In this document: piece by piece, positions 50,497 through 61,149 of the stretch
Layout of the letters: every line of letters begins with the position of its first letter
How positions within the stretch are numbered: the stretch's first letter is position 1
NCBI RefSeq assembly: GCF_902459465.1
Contig: NC_047068.1
Coordinates: 16,306,001 to 16,370,000 of the forward strand
Direction of reading: 5' to 3'
DNA length: 64,000 bases
Source: Asterias rubens
Lineage: Eukaryota
The notes under the pieces: model-generated
What the model saw: only the letters and a program-made list of their open reading frames with translations
Told to the model about the DNA's origin: nothing
The model's database searches: none
Program-made: the position numbers and the translations under genes

Positions 50497-52629
50497 TTAA
50501 AGCATTTGCAGTATGTTAATGTTGTTTTTGGCAAAGTTTCTTTCAGCAATTTTTGTAATGCCAGTGAAGGGATTAATTTGTATCTTTAAGGCATATACAT
50601 TATTGCATTATAAACCAAGATTCACCTTGTGTTTATGTTTCACTTAGCACGATAAACCAATTACAAAATGCACACATTTAAACTAAGAACATTTTTAAAT
50701 TTTTCTTTTAAAGATCCAGTATAATTATATTTTACGGGGGAATGTTATGGAAATAAATTAATATTCTACTTATAAAATATTCTTATCATGTTCACTTTGT
50801 GTAAATTTTGTATTGCTTTATATATTGATTTGACCCTATCACAAAATTTTCTTTCACGGGAGAGAAGTTTTCTAATACAGAGCCAAAAACGCGTATATTT
50901 TAAATGACTTAAGACAGCACCCCCAGTTCGCCCCCTCTTTCCTCCGTCAGTCTCGCCTCCATCACCGATATTATTTGCATTAAGAGCCCAGCAGTTGTTC
51001 ACTTTTTCAGTTTGAGCATGGTCTGAAGTACAGAGAAATTAAAACCTTTCAAATTAGTTCAATACCACCCAATATAGGCCTACCTCCCATTGTTTTTGCT
51101 AAAATCTACTACTGCCTCCCCCCCCCCCTCCTCGCCTCGCCCCTGGATCTAGGCAAACCGAAATGTCTTGCACGTTCCATTATTCAATGGGGTGCTCATT
51201 TAGGGTTGAAACATCTCGAGGCTCCTTCTTCCCCAATGCTCAAAAACTCTCTAAAACAGTTTCGAAAGTCCACTGTTAGCTAAACTATCAAATTTTATAA
51301 CATATAAATGTTTATGATTAATTCTATATCGTCCCTCAATTATCAAGAAAATAAAGTTCTCTCATATTGTCTCACCGTTACCATATAATGGCTTGCCCCA
51401 TGGACGTTCGTGTGTGTGTGTGGTGTGCGTGGGTGTGTGCGCACGCGCGGCCTGTAGCGCTCTTGCAAGACAAAATGGCTGAAGGCTCAAGAATTTCCTG
51501 TCACGTTCTTCAACAATTTACATGTAATTAAGTCGACACAATAACTACAATAATGAAAGAGGTGAGTAGGGTATGCTTTATAGCATTCGTAGAATACTTC
51601 TTTCGTTTCATTATGAGTTTCTGAAACGGTAAAAATGAGGCAAACAATATACCGTTCGACACAGCGGCAGTTTCGAAATACACATGTGGCCGACATGTCA
51701 CATGTATACATTTGCTGTATTAAGGACATGTTTTGGAAATTTAATGTTGTTTTATTCTTTAGCTACACAGGGATTGCAAACAGGTTAGAAGCTTGGAAAA
51801 ATGTCTCTACCCTACAAACACTAATTTAATTTTAACAGATTTTAGGCCCTACTTTTTGTAAAAATTCAATGGAATTTGAGTTTTTTTAAGGGTGGATACT
51901 GGATAAATCGGTGGCGACATGCGGAAAATTAGCCCAGTTTTATTCTTTGTACTGTGGGGGTGCTGTGGTTTCATTTACTCGTTTAAGGTTTAATGTTGTT
52001 TTCTTCTTGATCTTCCAAAAGATTTTTGAAGACAACATGACTAGTCTTGCCCCCACCTAACATGACAGCCCCATAAAAGCATATGGAGTTGAAAGTCTCA
52101 CTTCCTTTAGTATGACTAGGCAACAGAGGGTGCCATCACTTTTGCACTTTTTGGCTAATGCGCAAAAGTGTGTGCGTGCATTAAATAACGAAATTGCGCA
52201 CCGCAGTTCCTGTGTGACCAGGGGATGGCAATGACAAACTTCAGATACAAGTACTAAAAGCAAACTTTAATAATTATTGAAATTTATTAAGGAGCTTGAA
52301 TAAGTAGTGTTCTATAAACCAATGTGTAGGGTATAAAATTCCACAGTCAATTATTTGACCACCCAAGCAGATTCAACAATGAGTTGTTTACAAGTTCTTT
52401 CAAGGCCATTGGTAAAGCAAACGTAGTGATCGCCAAAAATATGGATCATGAACTTTATCCATAAAAGTACTATTATGGATTTGTCAAAGAGATAATCTTG
52501 AATAAATGTTAAGTACAAATTGTGCAGGCCACTCCCTCTCATCACAGTTCAACTAACAATGTTGTGTTGACGATTGTGCCCACCCAGTTGTACATGCCTG
52601 TCCTACTCCTGTTGATAGGGGGCGCCCTA

Positions 52630-52900
52630 CCCAGGTCAAAATTCCAGTTGAACCTAGTAAAACTGGGTTCAACTGGAACTAGTTGAAACCAGTTGATAAA
52701 CTAGTTAAACACAGTTAAAACCCGTTGGTTTAATATGGAAAATGGACAGACACCAACTGGTTTATAATTTAAACTCAGTTGAACACAGTTAAACCTAGTC
52801 CAAACCAGTTGGTTAATATGGAAAATGGATGAGTTTGGTCACTATCCAGTTGAACCAGTTGACCCCAGTTAACTAGGTTCAACTGGAATTTGGACCTGGG
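52630..52900. mobile_element. TIR MITE with TA flanks and CCCAG termini
   Basis: TA|CCCAGGTCAAAATTCCAGTTGAACCTAGT ... ACTAGGTTCAACTGGAATTTGGACCTGGG|TA; internal CCAGTTGAA subrepeats. Confidence 0.82.
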
Positions 52901-53103
52901 TAGTGAGACATTTCAGCTTAATATGTGCCAAATATATACGCAGAGGGAGTCCAGCATATTTTGCACTATTGGGCAACCCACCACATGATGGCTTTGAATG
53001 GGCTATTAGTTAGAAAGTGAAGAGGGTGGTTATTTAAGTTTATTGAAAATAGACAATTGCGAATACAATGTACTATGATAATTAACTGGGTGCATTTTCT
53101 GCC

Positions 53104-53452
53104 ACGTTGCCTTGGATCGGACGAGTTGGTCTATAAAAAGCGTGTGTAACCGTTTGTTATAAAATGCATATGGTTGGAAAGATGTTTTAAAAGTAGAATA
53201 CAATGACATGATCCTCACAAAATTGCTCGAATTGCGTGTTTTCCCTTTTACTTTGCGAACTCGGTCGGCCATAAATGGCCCACCGTGTTAGTCGCTGAGG
53301 TAAAAGGAAAACAGTGCAATTTCAAGGCATGTTTGTGTGGATCATTGTATTCTACTTTTACAACATCCTTCTACTAACCATATGCATTTTATACCAAATG
53401 GTTACAAAGGCTTTTCAAGACCAACTCGACCGATCCAAGGCAACGCGTTCCT
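53104..53452. mobile_element. Long foldback Kolobok-type MITE (AGGAAC(A/G)CGTTGCC family), left end damaged
   Basis: Near-palindromic arms (CGTTGCCTTGGATCGGACGAGTTGGTC / GACCAACTCGACCGATCCAAGGCAACG); ends CCT|TTAA. Confidence 0.78.
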
Positions 53453-53456
53453 TTAA

Positions 53457-53820
53457 AGGCAGTGGACACTATGCGTTATTACTCAACATAATTATTAGCA
53501 TAAACCCTTATGTGGAAACGAGTAATGGGGAGAGGTTGATAGTATAAAACATTGTGAGAAACGGCTCCCTCTGAAGTGACTTAGTTTTCGAGAAAACAGT
53601 AATTTTTCATGAATTTGATTTTGAGACCTCCAGATTTAGAATTTGAGGACTCGAAATCAACCAAAGCACACAACTTCGTGTGACAAGGGTGTTTTTTCTT
53701 TCGTTATTATCTCCCAACGAATTGAGCTCAAATTTTCACAGGTTTGTTATTTTATGCACAGTTTGAGATACACTCACTGTGAAGACTAGTCTTTGATAAT
53801 TACCAATAGTGTCCATGTCT
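53457..53820 (-). mobile_element. Kolobok-type MITE, AGGCAGTGGACAC family
   Basis: TTAA left, TTGA right; degenerate right TIR. Confidence 0.85.
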
Positions 53821-56555
53821 TTGAGTGTGCTATAATGGCCCTTTTTAAGTTCATCCACGTACGGTACGGTATCCCCCTATAAAATTACAAGAGCAGCATT
53901 GTAAAGTCCCCTCCTGTCAACTTGCTTAACTTACACCAACCAACTCCTACTCTCCTTTTTTTGGGGTGGGGGGGGACTGACTGTTTTTAACATATATTTC
54001 GGGGTTTCGTTTGAAAAGAATTTGGCAGGTTTTGGGTTTTTTTTGGGGGGGGTGGGGGTGGGGGGACTTAGTTTTTTAAGGTGTTTTTGTGTGATCCTAT
54101 TTTTTTTTTTTTTTTTTGGGGGGGGGGCACTTTTGTTTACTTTTTTTGTCTGTAAGCTTTTTTTTTTGGGGGGGGGCAGACTTTTTTTGGGAGGAATGGG
54201 GGGGGGGGTTCCTGCATACTCCCTACGTAGACTCCAACCAACATTGGAAGACCCTAAAGTTTATTTCTGGAGGAGGTAGATAAATTTACCATATTAATTT
54301 CTTACTTGTTTGTGTTTTATAGTGAGGAGAACTGTGATAAAGAACAGCTGCATTTCCACTAAGCATGTTTCTTACTGCCTGGGGATCCTCAATCAACCCT
54401 CAATACGGGCCGGGAAGTCATAATCAAGATGAGGTCTCAAAGAAAAGGTAAACACAATGAGTTTGCTGAAATAGGGAATATTGGTCCATGTTAGGCCTAA
54501 CAAGTTTTAAAATGTTATTGTTACTTCTACGTGCTACATTAAGCATAATGAAACCCTAGTTTAAAAAAGGTTCAAAGAAATGTTCCACCATATGAACAAA
54601 GTAACTAATGGTACAACAACGTGTACTGTGTTTGCAAAAAAGGCTTATTTCAATCAAAGGAACATACTACATGATTAACAGTGCATGAGGCAAACCACTG
54701 CCTGAGTGTACATGTACCTGGTGATCTAAACTAGTTCGGGAAATGCTAATAAGACTGTTCCACTATGTTTGTAAAAAGGTAGGTTAAAATAAGGACCGAT
54801 CCATTTTATTTACAGGTAAGTAACAAAATAAAGGTACAATTTAAACGTCAACAAATGCAGTAAACTTGGCAGCAGTTGTTCGCTAATAAGTGGTAAACTT
54901 CCAATGGGGATGAAGAAGATTATTTTAGTTTGACCTAACTTGTTGTAGAAATACATGAGAGTGCTGAGAGTTAATCAAACTTGCTTCTTGAGTAGAACTG
55001 CAGGCTTATGAACAATATAAATGATCTGCTTGTGTGAAACTGTTGAACTGCTAGAAAAAATTACACACAAGAATCATTCTGGTTTCTCAAAGTTTATGCA
55101 GTTTTTTTAATGAGTGCAATCAGCACCCCAAGAGAACTGTTCCCGGCATTTGGCATCCCCCTGAGTTGCTGTTGCCTACTTTTGCACCAGTCAAAGAACT
55201 CCATATGTGCATGAGCTCAGTTAACCATTACATTGCTGTTTTCAAAGTCTTATCTTCATATAATTATTTGTGATTGAAAGTATTGAAAACAAATCTATTG
55301 AAAAAAACCAAATTTTATCTAGCTGTTTTACTGATGGACAATGTGTGTAACAAATCTAAATGTTGCAAATTGTGAAATATTTTTGTGGTGCAGTCAGCGT
55401 TTTGAGATTTTTTATGTACTTGACGCTATATTAAAAAAATATTATAATTTTTTCAGGATCTCCATTGCAACTACCCGTCGCCAAGTAGATGTCCAAGACC
55501 AGCCTCTGATGCAGGGGCTTCAAACTCCAGTAAAAGGTTAACACTCAGAAAACACATTTTTAATATTAACACCGGTCCATTAAGATCGGGAATAATTGTG
55601 CAGAAATTATGTGGTTCTTGTTTGTACAGAATTTAAAATAAGTTTGATGTCTTGATTTGAATTGACAGGCTAGGTTGTGTTTTTATGTCAAGCTTTTTCA
55701 AGCTTCCAAAAGGTGCATCAATCATTGTAATACATTTTAAGATTGGTTTAACAATTTAGTTCAAGCATAATTCCTCCCAAGAGTAGTTGGTGGAAAGGAG
55801 GTAAAACAAAGTACTTGTTTCTCAAATTTCCTCAAAGAGTACTACAACCTACTGTTAACATAAAAACAGATGAGTAATGGTTTGAAAATTAATCAGGAAC
55901 ACATTGATCACTTATCACACTAAAACCAAACCCTGATATCAATGGGGAGAAGGTCATAGATCCTCTGCAAGAGATTCTGCACTGAAACAACAATTGTTTG
56001 CTTGCAATTGCATATGAACTATCTGTTTGCTTATTCTTTCCTTGCTAGTATTTCCCTCAACCAACCAAGTATGGAGGGAGTCACCCCCTACTGACATCTT
56101 GAAGGCTGCCGGGTACAAAGGAAAGCAACACGTATGAAACATCAGTATCATCAAGGCATCCTAGCTGTTCATCTGTGTAAGAACCCAGCAATTTGTTATC
56201 ATCAATTGTAAGAAATTTATTGTAGATATTATCGTAGTTTGATTTTCTATGTTTTTCTAATTGGTGTTTAGTGGACTGTTGCTGCAATACTGTACAGTTT
56301 GGTTGTGAAATAGACAAATTGTAAACCTATTTTGGACCGAAATTACTAGATTGAGGTTACTTTTTTATACACCTGAACAAGTAAAACACCCTAGTAATGA
56401 AAAACATTACATTTTTCATTTGAATCTGTGGTGATTCATCAATAGTAATAACTAAATAGACCCATAATCTTGTAACTACGAGCACCATTGCAAATAACAA
56501 GCGCATACACGTTTGTTTGCGCTAACTTGGTAGTGCGACAACTTCAAAAATTAAA

Positions 56556-56885
56556 GGGACCTGGACACTTGCACGTGGCAGGTGGGGTCCTACTTCCGGC
56601 TCGGGCCACTGGGTGGTTGATCTTAAAGGTGCATTCGGGCTCCTTTCCTTAGGAGGGCCAGTGTTATCACAAATGGTTGACCAACGGAAGTAGTCCCTAG
56701 TCTTTTCGGCTAGCGGACCGCCTTAGTAAAGTAGGGGACTGCCCTGGGTAACCCTGGGGCGGCGGACCTGACCCGCTCGGGAGGGCGGTGCAAAGGCCCC
56801 GATGATCTGGAAAAGCGCGTGGGGCCGGTATCCTGGGACCTGCACGATTGGTAGCCCTGCTAATTGAACAAACCTTACCAGGATG
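56556..56885 (+). other. GC-rich multi-hairpin segment, probably the 5'UTR of a non-LTR retrotransposon (RTE-like), followed by a decayed endonuclease-like start at 56883
   Basis: At least six stems, G-U pairs on the + strand and a GNRA loop. The downstream ORF MNRPNLKLKFVACN resembles the APE N-terminal L(K/R)hhsWN strand. Confidence 0.45.
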
Positions 56886-57103
56886 AATAGACCAAATTTG
56901 AAACTAAAATTTGTTGCTTGCAATGGTGTACTTAATTACAAGATTATGGGTCGGTTAAGATATTACTATTAATGAATCACCTCAGATTAAAAAAAAAAAT
57001 ATATGTTTTACATAACTGTTATGTTTTACTTTATTAGTTGTATATACAGTAACCTCGAGCCTTGTGGTTTTATCTTGAAAATGTGTACAAGGCATAGCCT
57101 TAA

Positions 57104-57460
57104 AGGCAGTGGACACTATTGGTAATTACTCATAAAACATTATTAGTATATAAATAATTATTGGCATAAAACCTTACTTTGTAACGTGTAATGGGGAGAG
57201 GTTGATGGTATAAAACATTGTGAGAAACAGCTCCCTCTGAAGTGACCTAGCTTTGGAGAAAGGAGTGATTTTCCACGAATTTGATTTCGAGACCTCAACT
57301 TGAAGTCTCAAAATCAACCATAAAGCGCACACAACTTCGTGTGACAAGGGTGTTTTTTCTTTCATAGTTATCTCGCAACTCCGACGACCGGTTGAGCTCA
57401 AATTTTCACAGGTTTGTTATTTTATGCGTATGTTGAGATACACTAAGTGAGAAGACTGAT
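57104..57460 (-). mobile_element. Kolobok-type MITE, AGGCAGTGGACAC family, right end replaced by satellite
   Basis: TTAA plus left TIR; interior matches the family up to about 57460. Confidence 0.82.
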
Positions 57461-57463
57461 CTG

Positions 57464-59948
57464 TTTTGCCTGAAAATGTGGCTTAATCAACTTGCCTGAA
57501 AATGTGTGCGAGCCTATTATAGCCTAATGGCTTTATCAAATTCTGCCTGAAAAGTGGCTTTATCAAATCTTGCCTGAAATTGTGTGCAAGGCCTTATGGT
57601 TTTTATCAAATTTTGCCTGAAAATGTGGCTTTATCAACTTGCCTGAAAATGTGTGCAAGCTATTATAGTCTTATGGTTTTATCAAATTTTGCCTAAAAAT
57701 GTGGCTTTATCAAATCTTGCCTGAAAATGTGTGCAAGGCCTTATCGTTTTATCAAATTTTGCATGAAAATGTGTCTTTATCAAATTTTCCGTAAAAATGT
57801 GTGCAAGCATTATGGTTTATCAAATTTTTTCTAAAAATGTGGTTTTATCAAATTTGGCCTGAAAAAATATGTGTGAGAGGCTATAGCCTTATGGTTTTAT
57901 CAAATTTTGGCTGACAATGTGGCTTTATCAAATCTTGTCTGAAAATGTGTGCAAGGCCTCATGGTTTTTATCAAATTTTGGCCGAAAATGTGGCTTTATC
58001 AAATCTTGTCTGAAAATGTGGCTTTATCAAATTTTGCCTGAAAATGTGGCTTTATCAAATTTTCCATGAAAATGTGTGCAAGGCTATAATAGCCTTATGG
58101 TTTTTATCAAATTTTGGCTGAAAATGTGGCTTTATTAAATTTTCCATGAAAATGTGGCTTTATCAAATTTTCCATGAAAATGTGTGCAAGGCTATAGCCT
58201 TATGGTTTTTATCAAATTTTGGCTGAAAATGTGGCTTTATCAAATTTTTGCTGAAAATGTGGCTCAGTATCAAATTTTCCATGAAAATGTATGCAAGGCT
58301 ATATATAGCCTTATGGTTTTTATCAAATTTTGGCTGAAAATGTGGCTTTATCAAATTGTCCATGAAAATGTGTGCAAGGCTATATATAGCCTTATGGTTT
58401 TTATCAAATTTTGGCTGAAAATGTGGCTTTATCAAATTTTGGCTGAAAATGTGGCTTTATCAAATTGTCCATGAAAATGTGTGCAAGGCTATATAGCCTT
58501 ATGGTTTTTATCAAATTTTGGCTGAAAATGTGGCTTTATCAAATTTTCCATGAAAATGTGTTATAGCCTTATGGTTTTTATCAAATTTTGGCTGAAAATG
58601 TGGCTTTATCAAATTTTGGCTGAAAATGTGGCTTTATCAAATTTTCCATGAAAATGTGTGCAAGGCTATAGCCTTATGGTTTTTATCAAATTTTGGCTGA
58701 CAATGTGGCTTTATCAAATCTTGTCTGAAAATGTGTGCAAGGCCTCATGGTTTTTATCAAATTTTGGCTGAAACTGTGGCTTCATCAAATTTTGCCTGAA
58801 AATGTGGCTTTATCAAATTTTGCCTGAAAATGTGGCTTTATCAAATTTTCCATGAACATGTGTGCAAGGCTATAATAGCCTTATGGTTTTTATCAAATTT
58901 TGGCTGAAAATGTGGCTTTATTAAATTTTCCATGAAAATGTGGCTTTATCAAATTTTCCATGAAAATGTGTTATAGCCTTATGGTTTTTATCAAATTTTG
59001 GCTGAAAATGTGGCTTTATCAAATTTTCCATGAAAATGTGGCTTTATCAAATTTTCCATGAAAATGTGTGCAAGGCTACAGCCTTATGGTTTTTATCAAA
59101 TTTTGGCTGAAAATGTGGCTTTATCAAATTTTGCCTGAAAATGTGGCTTTATCAAATTTGGCCTGAAAAAATATGTGTGAGAGGCTATAGCCTTATGGTT
59201 TTATCAAATTTTGGCTGACAATGTGGCTTTATCAAATCTTGTCTGAAAATGTGTGCAAGGCCTCATGGTTTTTATCAAATTTTGGCTGAAACTGTGGCTT
59301 TATCAAATTTTGCCTGAAAATGTGGCTTTATCAAATTTTGCCTGAAAATGTGGCTCAGTATCAAATTTTCCATGAAAATGTATGCAAGGCTAGAGCCTTA
59401 TAGTTTTTATCAAATTTTGGCTGAAAGTGTGGCTTTATCAAATTGTCCATGAAAATGTGTGCAAGGCTATATATAGCCTTATGGTTTTTATCAAATTTTG
59501 GCTGAAAATGTGGTTTATCAAATTTTGGCTGAAAATGTGGCTTTATCAAATTGTCCATGAAAATGTGTGCAAGGCTATATATAGCCTTATGGTTTTTATC
59601 AAATTTTGGCTGAAAATGTGGCTTTATCAAATTTTGGCTGAAAATGTGGCTTTATCAAATTGTCCATGAAAATGTGTGCAAGGCTATAGCCTTATGGTTT
59701 TTATCAAATTTTGGCTGAAAATGTGGCTTTATCAAATTTTGGCTGAAAATGTGGCTTTATCAAATTTTCCATGAAAATGTGTGCAAGGCTACAGCCTTAT
59801 GGTTTTTATCAAATTTTTGCTGAAAATGTGGCTTTATCAAATCTCCATGAAAATGTATGCAAGGCTATATATAGCCTTATGGTTTTTATCAAATTTTGGC
59901 TGAAACTGTGGTTTTATCAAATTTTGTCTGAAAATGTGTGCAAGGTTT
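57464..59948. repeat. Satellite 1: modular 28-bp (A) and ~49-bp (B) units in AB/AAB arrangements
   Basis: A=TTTATCAAATTTTGGCTGAAAATGTGGC; B=TTTATCAAATTTTCCATGAAAATGTGTGCAAGGCTATAGCCTTATGGTT. Confidence 0.95.
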
Positions 59949-61149
59949 ATACATGTATATAAGGCTATTTAAATAGTTTGGTTTTGTGTGTACGAAAATA
60001 AAGGCTACTCTTTAGGGGCGAATCAATTTATGTTTTGGTTGCCCCGAAGTGAAAGACTAATATCTCATTATTACTTGAGTCGTCTAGTTGGCTGCCATAT
60101 TTGAGCACAGTGCAGCAATGGGTGTGTATTATTTTTACACCTAATTTCATATGCGCAAAAATACTTAGCTAAAAGCGACTTTATACACACCCAATTGCAT
60201 TGTACTTAAACATGGTGGCCTGAGGGTCCATCTTAACCCGATGGAACCCACCCCCACACTGTAGGGGGGATAACATTGGACCTTATAGTGTGGAGGTGGG
60301 TTCCATCGAGATAAGATGGGCCTTCCATATTTGAATTTGGGGGGGGGGGGGGGGAGTGGGGGTTGATGCAAATAAAACACAAGTTACAAGGAGAGTTCTG
60401 TTCAATTTTTTATTGAAAATTTTGGCCAAAAAAAAAGCAGAGTCGTGCAAACACCTGTGCCTGTCGGTGGACCCCCTCGGCCACCTGGAACTTGTGATGG
60501 TCCAAAGGTCCAAATGCAATGGTTGATGTTACTCTGTTCAGTGAATTTCAATTAGATGCGCTACTAGTGGTTTGTAACAACGATGTACTGTCTTACAAAT
60601 CTAACAAGCTAGACGCAATTTAGCGGTTTGTTTTAGACGCAGAAGTGCTGAGCAGAAGGTAGTTGTTGCTTGCTTAAATGAAATGGTGCCCTCAAGAGTG
60701 CTTAGGATTTCACCGATTGTGGTTTCGCAACCAAGCTGCACTGGTGGTGCTAAGAGGTGTCGACACTTGTTCCAATGGGATCCTTACTCGACAGATGATG
60801 ACAACTTCTATCCAGATGATGATGTGCTGGTCGGAGAAACAGGTTCTGTAAGGCCAGTAATTTAGTAACCAATTGTGTGTAAAGCAAGTTGCCGAAATTC
60901 TTCAGAAAAGTGCTGACGTATCACACAAACGTCAAAAAATTGTTCAGCAGCTTGAACATTAGTAGTGATTTTTTTCTCACTGCATGTTTGCCAATAAATG
61001 ATACTGGAGATGACATTGGATCAATATTAAGTCTACCATCCCTAAAGAAAACGTACATTGACCAAATGTTTCAACGGGGTTAAGATGAATTGTGATAAAT
61101 TCACCACTCAAAGACAGTATGGGTCGTCACCAAACATGTCTTTTTGTAG

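Noticed and set aside
55900-56200. Reverse transcriptase- or transposase-like words (IDPLQ, TETT, AYELS)
   Set aside because: Motifs fall in different frames with many stops and are too short to support a call.
56556-56885. Canonical HDV-like or hammerhead ribozyme, RNase P, SRP or telomerase RNA in the structured segment
   Set aside because: No arrangement satisfied P1/P2/P3/L3/J4-2 or CUGANGA/GAAA geometry by eye, and the conserved boxes of the housekeeping RNAs are absent. Kept only as an unclassified structure.
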